Positions 29,811-38,583 of a stretch of DNA of 64,000 bases are shown piece by piece. Made by a program: the position numbers and the translations under genes. How positions within the stretch are numbered: the first letter of the stretch is position 1; each line of letters begins with the position of its first letter. The stretch covers positions 12,801 through 76,800 of the forward strand of contig JAJDUQ010000050.1 of assembly GCA_022826505.1 (NCBI GenBank), in the 5' to 3' direction. The DNA is from Gammaproteobacteria bacterium (GTDB lineage Bacteria; Pseudomonadota; Gammaproteobacteria; HK1). The notes below the pieces were generated by a model, which was not told the DNA's origin, searched no databases, and saw only the letters and a list, made by a program, of their open reading frames with translations.

Positions 29811-31412
29811 ATGCACATCGACACTTTCGACTACATCATCGTCGGCGCGGGATCGGCGGGTTGCGTGCTCGCCAACCGACTCACCGCATCGGGAGAGTTC
29901 CGAGTCCTTCTGCTCGAGGCTGGGCCCGAGGACCGGCATCCCTGGATTCCGTTTCCCCTGAGCTACGGCAAGCTCATCAACACCCCGGCGGTGAACTGGT
30001 GCTTCCAGTCCGAACCGGAGGCAGGGACGGGCAACCGGCCGATCCCGGTTCCGAGGGGTCGGGTGCTCGGCGGTTCCAGCTCCATCAACGGTCTCGTGTA
30101 CGTCCGCGGCCAGCCGCTCGATTTCGACACCTGGGCGCAGCTCGGCAACCGGGGCTGGAGCTACGACGACGTGCTGCCGCTGTTTCGGCGAATCGAGAAC
30201 TACGAGCATCGCACCGACGAGTGGCGCGCCGCGGGCGGACCGGTTCACGTGAGCGAAGCGGTGGACGAAAGTCCGCTCTACGATGCGCTGTTCTCGGCCG
30301 GGGAGTCGGTGGGCCTTTCGCGCAATCCCGACTACAACGGTGCGCGGCAGGAAGGGTTGTGCAAGGCGCAGACCAACATTCGCCGGGGCCGGCGCATGAG
30401 TGCGGCGTACTGCTACCTCCGTCCCGCCCGCTCGCGCCCCAATCTGTCGGTCCGCACGGGTGCGCTCGTGCACCGGGTGCGGCTCGACGGGAAGCGAGCG
30501 GCCGGCGTCGAGTGCTACCTGGAAGGTCGACTGCAAACGCTGCGGGCGCGCCGGGAGGTCGTTCTCAGCGCGGGGGCGATCAATTCACCTCAGATTCTCG
30601 AGCTCTCCGGTATCGGCGACCCGCGGGTGCTCGCGCGCCACGGCATCGAGGTCAGGCATCCCTTGCCGGGGGTGGGCGAGAACTTCAGCGACCACATCGC
30701 CCCGCGCATGGCCTGGCGCATCAGGCGCCGAGGCATCGGCTACAACGAACGGGGACGAGGGCTGGCGCTGCTGTGGCAGGTGGTGCGCTACCTCGTCTCG
30801 CGCCGGGGAATCCTGAACATGCCCTCGGCGCCGGTCGTGGGATTCGTGCGAACCCGCCCCGAACTCGAGACGCCCGATGTCCAGTTCCACTTCTCCCCCT
30901 GGTCCTTCTCTAGTCCCAAGGTGAGGAAATTCGACCGCGATCCGGGTCTCACCTGCACGGTGTACCAGCTCCGGCCCCTGAGCCGCGGCAGCGTGCACCT
31001 GCGCTCCCCCGATCCGCGTGACGCCCCGGAAATCCGGTTCAACTTCCTCGCCGAGCCGACGGATTGCCGGGCGACGGTCGACGGCATGCGGTTCGCCCGC
31101 CGGATCGTCGAGGCGGCACCCATGCAGGGGCTGGCGGGCGCGGAGCTCAGACCGGGCGCTACCGTACAGACCGACGACGAGCTCCTCGACTACGCGAGGC
31201 GCAGGGCCGAGACCGGCTATCATCCGGCCGGCACCTGCGCGATGGGGCCGGATTCGATGGCGGTCGTCGATGCCCGGCTCGCGGTGCACGGCATCGAATC
31301 CCTGCGCGTGGTGGATGCCTCGATCATGCCGGCGCTGACGTCCGGCAACATCAACGCACCGACCATGATGATCGGGGAGAAGGGCGCGGAACTCATCCTG
31401 GGCGAAGCCTGA
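29811..31412 (+). CDS. GMC family oxidoreductase (choline dehydrogenase-like)
   Basis: FDYIIVGAGSAGCVLANRL, PRG..LGGSSSING..YVRG, GAINSPQ.L.LSGIG, YHP.GTC.MG, SGN.NAPT.MIGEK. Confidence 0.93.
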   Translation: MHIDTFDYIIVGAGSAGCVLANRLTASGEFRVLLLEAGPEDRHPWIPFPLSYGKLINTPAVNWCFQSEPEAGTGNRPIPVPRGRVLGGSSSINGLVYVRGQPLDFDTWAQLGNRGWSYDDVLPLFRRIENYEHRTDEWRAAGGPVHVSEAVDESPLYDALFSAGESVGLSRNPDYNGARQEGLCKAQTNIRRGRRMSAAYCYLRPARSRPNLSVRTGALVHRVRLDGKRAAGVECYLEGRLQTLRARREVVLSAGAINSPQILELSGIGDPRVLARHGIEVRHPLPGVGENFSDHIAPRMAWRIRRRGIGYNERGRGLALLWQVVRYLVSRRGILNMPSAPVVGFVRTRPELETPDVQFHFSPWSFSSPKVRKFDRDPGLTCTVYQLRPLSRGSVHLRSPDPRDAPEIRFNFLAEPTDCRATVDGMRFARRIVEAAPMQGLAGAELRPGATVQTDDELLDYARRRAETGYHPAGTCAMGPDSMAVVDARLAVHGIESLRVVDASIMPALTSGNINAPTMMIGEKGAELILGEA

Positions 31413-31608
31413 GCCGGCTTGCGCGAGCCACCGGTCGACTCCGGCGACGGATGTCAGCCGGCGAGGCTCCCTGCGGCCGCGTATCGGCACTCGTCGTCCG
31501 ACCGGGCCGCATCGTAAACTGCGGTGCGAGAGTGCGGAACCGACGCCGGAGCCGAAATCCGCCGGTCCGGCACACGTCATCGTCGCACCCCGGGAGGCCC
31601 GACCGCGC

Positions 31609-31794
31609 ATGGAGCTCTGGGAAGCGATCCTCGCCGGCGTCCTGGTGCTCGCCGTCCTGTTCTTCTTCGGGCCGGGCGCGAAGCGGGCGGCGGAGAAGGC
31701 GCCGAAGGCGCAGGCCGAGGACTGGAAGGCGGTGCTCGTTCCGCTTCTCCTCGTCGTCGTCTTCGTCGTGTTCATGATCATGGCAATCGCCTGA
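31609..31794 (+). CDS. Small two-TM membrane protein, hypothetical
   Basis: 61 aa, two hydrophobic helices around a charged linker, GC3-rich codons, GGAGG upstream. Confidence 0.7.
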   Translation: MELWEAILAGVLVLAVLFFFGPGAKRAAEKAPKAQAEDWKAVLVPLLLVVVFVVFMIMAIA

Positions 31795-31948
31795 AATCCT
31801 CGGGCTCCGCGATCTTCGTGGCCGGGACGGCCTTGCAGGGCGGTCTCACCGACGACAACGCACCGGGCCGCTCGCGAGTCGACATGACGGGGCTTTGAGC
31901 GAATGGGGTGATGTCGAGCATGTCGCGTGGATCCGGAGCGCGGTCTCG

Positions 31949-32629
31949 CTACGCGTAGTGTCGCGCAAGTATCGCCGCGGTGAAGCTTGCCCGCAGGTAG
32001 AACCCGCGCGGCAAAGCCGCCTCCCACGCGCCGCTCGACCCGATGGCGCGACGCCGGGCCGCCGCGTTCGCGGCCTTCGGGCGGATCTGCAGGCATTCCC
32101 CTTCCCGGGCCGATATCTCGTCCACCCGCCCCAGCACGACCCGCTCCATCAGAGTCTCCCAATCGCTCGCGAGCGCAGCGTCCTCCTCCGACGACGGACT
32201 CCACAGCAGCGCGGTGCCGATGCGGCGTTCGGGCAGCGCGATTGCGCGGTCCCCTTCGAACGGCACCCACAGCACGCGCGCGAGCTTGCGCCGCACGTTG
32301 GAGTCCCTCCAGTCCGGCGAGGCGTCGCCCGCCAGCGGCACCGTGCACACGTAGGTCGATTCGAGCGGCCGGAGGTCCGGTGCGACGGGAATCGTCTTCA
32401 GCTCGACCGCGATCAGCCGAAAATCCGGCTCCGGCAGCGACCCGGCGTTCGCGCCGAGCGCGTGCTCGATGACCGTGCCGGTCCAGCCCTTGCCGCGGCG
32501 GGTGTTCTCCGGCACCGGCACTCCCAGCTCGACCGCGACGTCACCCATGGCGCGTCCGGCAATGGCGTCGGCCCGGGCCAGGAGCTCGTCTTCGCTGCGA
32601 GGCGGGGCAACCCGCTGGAATCCGGTCAT
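31949..32629 (-). CDS. mutH: DNA mismatch repair endonuclease MutH
   Basis: P.SE.ELL.RA..IAG, KGW.G...E..LGA.AGS.PE.DF....VELKTIP, P.E.T.VC, S.VR.KL.RVLW.P, DWE.LM, LQ.RPKAAN, PRGFYLR..FT. Confidence 0.93.
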   Translation of the reverse strand: MTGFQRVAPPRSEDELLARADAIAGRAMGDVAVELGVPVPENTRRGKGWTGTVIEHALGANAGSLPEPDFRLIAVELKTIPVAPDLRPLESTYVCTVPLAGDASPDWRDSNVRRKLARVLWVPFEGDRAIALPERRIGTALLWSPSSEEDAALASDWETLMERVVLGRVDEISAREGECLQIRPKAANAAARRRAIGSSGAWEAALPRGFYLRASFTAAILARHYA

Positions 32630-32642
32630 CGGATTCGAGCCC

Positions 32643-33314
32643 TCACGGGCGTCCCGTGTGCAGGCGTGCGGCAGCGTCGTTCAGCGCATCGATGCCGGTG
32701 GCATCCGTGCGAGCGACCAGCTTCAGGACTCCCGGGCGGAGGTCGTCGCCAGTCCCCGGGGTCTCGTCGCACCGAATTCGGGCGCCGCGGGCGGCGACGT
32801 CCACGCACACCGAGACCAGTCCCGCGATCGCCTGCGCCGACGCCTGCTCCGGCGCGAGTGGCCATCGCGACTCGACCATACCGGCCGGAGGCGCGGACAC
32901 GGTCCCGCGGGGCAGGGCGGTTGCCGTTCCCAGCGCGAAGACGGTCGCCCGCCCTGGTCCGCGCGTGGTGTCGCCTCCGATCAGCTCGACCGCGCACGCA
33001 TCGCATACCGCCGCGGCGGCGGCTGCGAATGCTTCGATCCAGTCGGGGTCGTTCGCGTCGAGAGTGAGACCGAGGGTCGTCCACCTGGGCGCCGCCGCCC
33101 GCGCCGCAAGCCGCACGAGTGCAGCCCCGAACACGCGATGAGCGGTCCCGGCTGCATTGTCACGTTCCGAGAACGCAACCGTCGCCCGGGCATGGGCGAG
33201 CGCGGGACCGCCCGTGTCGAGCAGTGCCGCATCGTCGCCGATCCCGAGTACGGTTCCGGGACGCCGGGTGGTGCGACCGCGAAAACAACGCCCGATGAGG
33301 TCGAATTCGTCCAC
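32643..33314 (-). CDS. ThiL-like paralog B (223 aa): keeps N-terminal EF/GIGDDAA and GGDTTRG, lacks the other catalytic motifs
   Basis: (V/M)DEFDLI.R.F, VLGIGDDAALL, PRW.TL.LTL, W...FA, V.LIGGDTTRGP present; DTLVxGVHF, NLSD, RSGA and DxSDG absent; C-domain contracted. Confidence 0.78.
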   Translation of the reverse strand: MDEFDLIGRCFRGRTTRRPGTVLGIGDDAALLDTGGPALAHARATVAFSERDNAAGTAHRVFGAALVRLAARAAAPRWTTLGLTLDANDPDWIEAFAAAAAAVCDACAVELIGGDTTRGPGRATVFALGTATALPRGTVSAPPAGMVESRWPLAPEQASAQAIAGLVSVCVDVAARGARIRCDETPGTGDDLRPGVLKLVARTDATGIDALNDAAARLHTGRP

Positions 33315-33629
33315 GTACCGGCAATGGTCGGAGGAGGTGCCCCGAAATGTAGAGCAGGCCGCCTTGCCCGAAAAGGCGTGGGACGCGGCGTGTGCGACGT
33401 GTGCGGGTATCGACCCGTCACAGCAGTCTTCATGCGTTCGGATACGTTTCCCGACTCTGTACGCAAGTGACCGACCCACCCGCTCGCCGGTGCCGTGCGG
33501 TCTCGTGCCTCTCCTGACCGCTCATCCTTTTGCGGCAGTTGCGAGACGCGAATCCTGGTGGTCCGGGCTGGCTTCTCTGCCGCAAGCGTTCGAGTAGCGC
33601 CCCGTCCATCCCCCAACCGTCACAGCGCC

Positions 33630-34118
33630 TCACGCACCAATCGCGTACCGCACCGCGTGGAGCCCCGCACAGGCGAGCGCACCCGCGATCAGGTCGTCGA
33701 GCATGATCCCGAGGCCCCCGCCGACCCGGCGTTCGGCGAGCGAGATCGGCCACGGCTTGACGATGTCGAGAATGCGGAACGCCACGAAGCCGGCGACGAT
33801 CCACGGCAATTCGAACGGCAGCGCGGTCATGGCGACCAGGAAGCCCGCGATCTCGTCGAGCACGATGCCGGGGTGATCGTGCACGCCGAGGTCGCGCGCG
33901 GTGCGCCCGCAGACCCAGATGCCGAGACCGATGACGAGCGCCACCACGAGCGCATGCACCGCCGGCGGCTGCGGCGCGATGGCCAGGTAGATCGGAATCG
34001 CGACGGCAGTGCCCGCGGTGCCCGGGGCTCGCGGCGCCAGGCCCGCCCCCACGCCGAACGCAATCCAGTGCACCGCGGACCGCGGCCGGGGCAGGGGGTG
34101 TTCGCCTTCGCTGGTCAT
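33630..34118 (-). CDS. pgpA: Phosphatidylglycerophosphatase A
   Basis: AFG.GAGL.P.APGT.GT, HDH.GIV.DE..G, FR..DI.KPWPI, GG.GIMLDDL.AG. Confidence 0.96.
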   Translation of the reverse strand: MTSEGEHPLPRPRSAVHWIAFGVGAGLAPRAPGTAGTAVAIPIYLAIAPQPPAVHALVVALVIGLGIWVCGRTARDLGVHDHPGIVLDEIAGFLVAMTALPFELPWIVAGFVAFRILDIVKPWPISLAERRVGGGLGIMLDDLIAGALACAGLHAVRYAIGA

Positions 34119-35152
34119 TGCACGGCGAAGTGCCGGAATCCCGCCGGCGCCGGCAGCACGGACCCGTCGGTGTCCACGACGCGCAGCCCGGGCTCGGACT
34201 CGATCACGCCGATCTCGGTCAGCGTGTCAGCAAGCTCCAGGGCCCTCAGACGGCTCACCCGATCCGGCGCGACCGTGAACAGCAGCTCGTAGTCGTCGCC
34301 GGCGGAGAGCGCGAGCGCCCGTGCCCCGGCGTCGCCCGCGACACCGAGCAGTGCCGGCGAAAGCGGGAGGAGGCCGGCGTCCACCCGTCCCCCGACACCG
34401 CTCGCCTCCAGCACGTGCCCGAGGTCCTGGCACAGACCGTCCGAGACGTCGATGGCGGCGCTCGCAAGTCCTCGCAGCGCAACGCCGAGCCCCAGTCTCG
34501 GCGATGGCCGGCGCAAACGTGCCACCAGTGCATCCGCGTGCCCGGTGCCGAGGCATTCTTGCGCGATGCCGTGCCGGCCGCGCCGATCACCGCGGCGGGC
34601 GAGCTCGACGTCGAGCCCGCCGCCGGCGTCTCCGAGCGTGCCGGAGACGAAGATTCGGTCGCCGGCCCGGGCGCCCGACCGGGTCAGGGCCTCGCCGGCC
34701 GGGCAATGCCCGTGTACCTGCACGCTCGCCGAAAGGGGGCCGGGCACGGCATCGAGGGCGGCAATTTCGATCTCGAAGCAACCGGCCAGCGACTCGAACC
34801 CTGCGCGGAACGCCTCGAACCACGCCGTGTCATGGCGCCGCGGAACCGAGACCACCGCGACCGCCTCGGTCGCGTCCGCTCCCATCGCCGCGATGTCGCT
34901 CAGGTTGACCGCGAGTGCTTTCCAGCCGATGTCGAAGGCGGGAGTGCCGTGCGGGAAGTGCACGCCGCCGACGAGGGTGTCGAGCGCGACCACCACGTGA
35001 GCGGTGGTCGAGTCCGCGTGCTCGGCCCCCGTTGCCGCGGGTGCCCCCGCCGATTCGGCGTGCCTGTTGGTCGACCCGGCGGGCGCGGCCACCGATTCCG
35101 CGAGCACGGCTGCCGCTCGCCCCGCACCCGCTTCGTCGGCGCCAGGGTGCAA
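34115..35152 (-). CDS. thiL: Thiamine-monophosphate kinase paralog A (syntenic copy; TTG start inferred); lacks the EF, GDD and GGD motifs
   Basis: Between nusB and pgpA; DTLVGGVHF, GWKALAVNLSDIAAMGA, RSGA..GD.IFVSG.LGD, IDVSDGL..DLGH, GDDYELLFT, GFRHF present. Confidence 0.85.
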   Translation of the reverse strand: MHPGADEAGAGRAAAVLAESVAAPAGSTNRHAESAGAPAATGAEHADSTTAHVVVALDTLVGGVHFPHGTPAFDIGWKALAVNLSDIAAMGADATEAVAVVSVPRRHDTAWFEAFRAGFESLAGCFEIEIAALDAVPGPLSASVQVHGHCPAGEALTRSGARAGDRIFVSGTLGDAGGGLDVELARRGDRRGRHGIAQECLGTGHADALVARLRRPSPRLGLGVALRGLASAAIDVSDGLCQDLGHVLEASGVGGRVDAGLLPLSPALLGVAGDAGARALALSAGDDYELLFTVAPDRVSRLRALELADTLTEIGVIESEPGLRVVDTDGSVLPAPAGFRHFAVQ

Positions 35153-35166
35153 TGCCTCACCCCCGG

Positions 35167-35583
35167 TCAGTCCGGACGCAGGCGCCGCGCCACCCGGTCG
35201 AGCACGCCGTTGACGTACTTGTGGCTCTGGTCGGCGCCGAACGTTCGGGCGAGCTCCACCGCCTCGGTGATCACGGTGCGCCACGGAATGTCCTCCATGG
35301 AGCGAAGCTCGTGCGCTCCCATGCGCAGGATCGCGCGCTCCACGGGGTCGAGTTCGGTGACCGGCCGGTCGGTAAAGGACGCGATTTCGGTGTCGAGGAT
35401 CTCGAAGTCGATGATCACGCCGCCGACCAGAGCGTCGAAGAACACCGGATCGAATCCGCCGGGTGGCGGGCTCTCCTTGAACTGCGCGTGAAGCTCCTCG
35501 GCGGTGTGCCCGGTCATCTGCCACTGGTACAACGCCTGCAGCGCCGCACGGCGGGTGCGGCTGCGAATGCCTCGGCGCATCAT
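35167..35583 (-). CDS. nusB: Transcription antitermination factor NusB
   Basis: R..RRAALQALYQWQ, LDPVERAILR.G..EL, VI.EAVELA..FG...SHKYVNGVLD. Confidence 0.97.
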   Translation of the reverse strand: MMRRGIRSRTRRAALQALYQWQMTGHTAEELHAQFKESPPPGGFDPVFFDALVGGVIIDFEILDTEIASFTDRPVTELDPVERAILRMGAHELRSMEDIPWRTVITEAVELARTFGADQSHKYVNGVLDRVARRLRPD

Positions 35584-35595
35584 GACCGGACCCGG

Positions 35596-36072
35596 TCACG
35601 CACCGAGACGGCGGCGCAGAGAGACCATCTCCAGCGCTGCCAGGGCCGCTTCGCGGCCCTTGTTGCCGTGCTCGCCGCCGGCCCGCGCATGAGCCTGCGC
35701 CTCGTCGTCGCAGGTCAGTACCCCGAATATCACCGGGACCCCCGTCTCGGCCGAGGCGGCCTGGATCCCTCGTGCGGCTTCCGCGCAGACGTAGTCGAAG
35801 TGAGGGGTGTCGCCCCGAATCACCGCTCCCAGGGCAATGACGGCATCGGCTCCGGCACCCTTCGCAATCCACCGAGCCGCGAGCGGTAGCTCGTACGCCC
35901 CGGGGACGCGGACGAGGAGCGCGTCGTCGCGGCTCAGTCCGTGGCGGTCGAGGGTGTCGAGGGCGCCTTCGAGCAGGAGCGACACGATCGCGTCATTGAA
36001 CCGAGCCGCGACGATGGAGATGCGGGCGCCGCGGACGTCGTACTCGGAAGGAGAGATGTCGTAGCGTGCCAC
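35596..36072 (-). CDS. ribH: 6,7-dimethyl-8-ribityllumazine synthase
   Basis: ARFN..IV..L..GA, VPGAYELP, LGAVIRGDTPHFDYV, FGVLT, GNKG..AA. Confidence 0.97.
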   Translation of the reverse strand: MARYDISPSEYDVRGARISIVAARFNDAIVSLLLEGALDTLDRHGLSRDDALLVRVPGAYELPLAARWIAKGAGADAVIALGAVIRGDTPHFDYVCAEAARGIQAASAETGVPVIFGVLTCDDEAQAHARAGGEHGNKGREAALAALEMVSLRRRLGA

Positions 36073-36268
36073 GGGAGACCTGAGCCAACGCGCGATTCAG
36101 ACTGCGCCGCCGAACTTGCGAAGTCCTGCGGCACTCGAGGACGGAGACGTCTCGCGCTCCGGGTTCTCGGTCTCCGTTCCATCGGCCGGCGGCACGACAG
36201 GCGATGCGGGCACACTGATCATGGACTCGAGAACGTCTCGTTCGCCGCAGGGGGTGGTCGAGAGCGGC

Positions 36269-37456
36269 TCACGCCGCCCGTCCCGAGTCGCGTCGATCTC
36301 CGACCCGCGGGACCCTCGTTCGTTCGTCGCCGGACAGTGCGAGGTGCGACTCGTCGACGTATTCGACGACCTCCAGACCGAACCCGGAGATGGCATGCAG
36401 GCGCTTCGGCGCGCTCAGCACCCGCATCTTGCGAACCCCGAGATCGGCGAGGATCTGCGCACCGAGCCCCAGGGTGCGGAGATCGGCGCCCGGGTCATGC
36501 TGCGGGAGTGATTCTCCTTCGTCCTCACGACGGTAGGAATCGATTCGCGCCACGACTTCGTTGGCGGGTTCGGGGGGGCGCAGTATGACGACGATTCCGC
36601 TTCCCTCCTCGGCGACGCGGCGCAGCGCATCGCCGACCGGCCACCCGGCGTCGCGGCGCCGGCTTCCGGTGAGATCGTTGAGCGAGTCGCGCAGGTGGAC
36701 CCGGATCAGGGTCGGGACGTCGGGATCGATCTCGCCGGCCACCAGTGCATAGTGGATTCTGTCATCGGTTCGTGCCCGGAACGCGACGAGCCGGAACTCC
36801 CCGAATTCGGTGGGCAGGCGGCATTCGCCGGCGCGCTCCACCGTCTTCTCGTGGAGCATCCGGTACTTGATGAGATCCGCAATGGTCCCGAGCTTGAGCC
36901 CATGGGCCTCGGCAAAGCGTTCGAGATCGGGACGCCGGGCCATCGTTCCGTCCTCGTTGAGGATCTCGACGAGGACCGCGGCGGGCTCGAGTCCGGCGAG
37001 GCGCGCGAGATCGCAGCCGGCCTCGGTGTGCCCCGCGCGGGTGAGCACGCCCCCGGGCTCCGACACCAGCGGAAAGACGTGGCCGGGTTGAACGAAGTCG
37101 GACGGCCTTGCGCCCTGGCGGACTGCGGCATGGATCGTCTCGGCGCGGTCCGCGGCGGAAATCCCGGTCGAGATTCCGTTGGCGGCGTCGATGGAGACGG
37201 TGAACTGGGTGCGCTGCGCTTCTCGATTGTCGCCGACCATCAGCTTCAGGCCGAGCGCGTCGCATCGTTCGCGGGTCATAGGCAGACAGATCAGGCCGCG
37301 TCCGTAACGGGCCATGAAGTTGATCGCCTCGGGCGTCACGTGCGCCGCCGGCATCACGAGATCGCCCTCGTTCTCGCGATCCTCGTCGTCGACGAGCACC
37401 ACCATGTTTCCGTTTCTGAACTCGGTGATGAGCTCGTCGATGGAGTCGAAAGACAT
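36269..37456 (-). CDS. ribB: 3,4-dihydroxy-2-butanone-4-phosphate synthase with an inactive GTP cyclohydrolase II-like C-domain (RibBX type)
   Basis: [14 protein letters not shown]...GRGLIC, TGISA.DRA, PGH.FPL, RAGHTEA; C-domain lacks the Zn-binding Cys residues; R..GLGAQIL.DLGV..MR. Confidence 0.93.
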   Translation of the reverse strand: MSFDSIDELITEFRNGNMVVLVDDEDRENEGDLVMPAAHVTPEAINFMARYGRGLICLPMTRERCDALGLKLMVGDNREAQRTQFTVSIDAANGISTGISAADRAETIHAAVRQGARPSDFVQPGHVFPLVSEPGGVLTRAGHTEAGCDLARLAGLEPAAVLVEILNEDGTMARRPDLERFAEAHGLKLGTIADLIKYRMLHEKTVERAGECRLPTEFGEFRLVAFRARTDDRIHYALVAGEIDPDVPTLIRVHLRDSLNDLTGSRRRDAGWPVGDALRRVAEEGSGIVVILRPPEPANEVVARIDSYRREDEGESLPQHDPGADLRTLGLGAQILADLGVRKMRVLSAPKRLHAISGFGLEVVEYVDESHLALSGDERTRVPRVGDRRDSGRAA

Positions 37457-37577
37457 CGCTGGGGCCCTGGGGTGCGCACCACGCCGACGGCGCGGCGCCC
37501 GATGGTCGCGGATGTGCATTCTGCCCGCCGCGGTCGATGCTGTGCAACGAACACCAACACGAACACGAACGCGTCGC

Positions 37578-37697
37578 AGCAATTCCCGCCGGGCCCGAAG
37601 TCGCTCGCCGACCCGACCGGGTCAGGCGCCCGGACGGCTGGCGTCGGGTCGAATTCGCGCGGTGGAGCAGCCCCTCGAGGCGCCGGCGGGAATTGCT
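37578..37697. mobile_element. 120-bp MITE-like non-autonomous element
   Basis: Perfect 15-bp TIRs AGCAATTCCCGCCGG (37578-37592) and CCGGCGGGAATTGCT (37683-37697), flanked by the exact 11-bp direct repeat GAACGCGTCGC (37567-37577 and 37698-37708). Confidence 0.75.
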
Positions 37698-37806
37698 GAA
37701 CGCGTCGCGGGAACGAGGGCGATTCCCCGGCAAGTCGGCCGACGGCCCGCGTTGGTCGAGCGGGCGCGATGCCTGCATTCCCGAGTGGGCGATCCGGCGT
37801 TGCGGT

Positions 37807-38409
37807 TCAGGTTTTCCGCCAGGCGAGGAGCCGTTCGACGTAGCGTGCGATCTGATCGACCTCGATGTTCACGGCGCTTCCCGGGCCGAGGTCGCCCAGC
37901 GTGGTGGCCTGGAGCGTGTGGGGCACGATGTTCACGTCGAACACGGCGCCGTCGACTCCGTTGACGGTGAGGCTTGTGCCGTCGATGCAGACCGACCCCT
38001 TCTCGGCGATGTACCGGGCGAGTGCCGCCGGCACCGCGAACTCCAGCCGAACCGAGCGCGCGTCGTCCCACCGTGCGTTCACCTGCCCGACGCCGTCGAC
38101 GTGGCCGGAGACGAGGTGGCCTCCGAGCCGCGTGTGCGGTGTCAGTGCGGTCTCCAGATTGACGCGGCTGCGCGGTTCGAGCGTCCCGAGCGTGGTCCGC
38201 GCCAGCGACTCCGCGGAGACGTCGGTCCGAAACCCGTTCGGCGTCACCTCGACCGCGGTGAGACATGCGCCGCTCACGCAGATGGAGTCTCCCACCGCGA
38301 TGTCGGCCGGCGAGATGGTTGTGGTGTCGACGAGCAGCGACGCATCCCCGCAGGGGTGCTCCATCCGCTCCTCGATCAGGCCGACTGCCTGCACGATTCC
38401 CGTGAACAT
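37807..38409 (-). CDS. ribE: Riboflavin synthase (alpha chain)
   Basis: MFTGIV, GDSI.V.G.CLT, VNLE, GGH.VSGHVDG, KGS...DG.SLTVN, PHT...T, VN.E.D. Confidence 0.97.
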   Translation of the reverse strand: MFTGIVQAVGLIEERMEHPCGDASLLVDTTTISPADIAVGDSICVSGACLTAVEVTPNGFRTDVSAESLARTTLGTLEPRSRVNLETALTPHTRLGGHLVSGHVDGVGQVNARWDDARSVRLEFAVPAALARYIAEKGSVCIDGTSLTVNGVDGAVFDVNIVPHTLQATTLGDLGPGSAVNIEVDQIARYVERLLAWRKT

Positions 38410-38583
38410 CGTGGGTGGCTCCTCAGAGATGTCCGTTTCCTTTCACGCGGGTGCGCACCTTGCGCTGAACCGGGCCGCCCACCGCTTGTCTCGGCACCGG
38501 TCGGGTGCATCGTTCGGGACGGGTCGTCGCATGGCGCAGTGGCGCGGACAGGTGTCCGCTGCGTCCGGACCGGATACGCGCGC

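Noticed and set aside
33315-33629. Possible TPP riboswitch in front of thiL paralog B
   Set aside because: Only a 9-bp IR (TTGCGGCAG/CTGCCGCAA); no CTGAGA...ACCTGA TPP-box core.
36269-36860. GTP cyclohydrolase II-like domain of RibB lacking Zn-binding cysteines
   Set aside because: This is the known RibBX architecture common in Proteobacteria, not novel; a separate ribA is presumably elsewhere.
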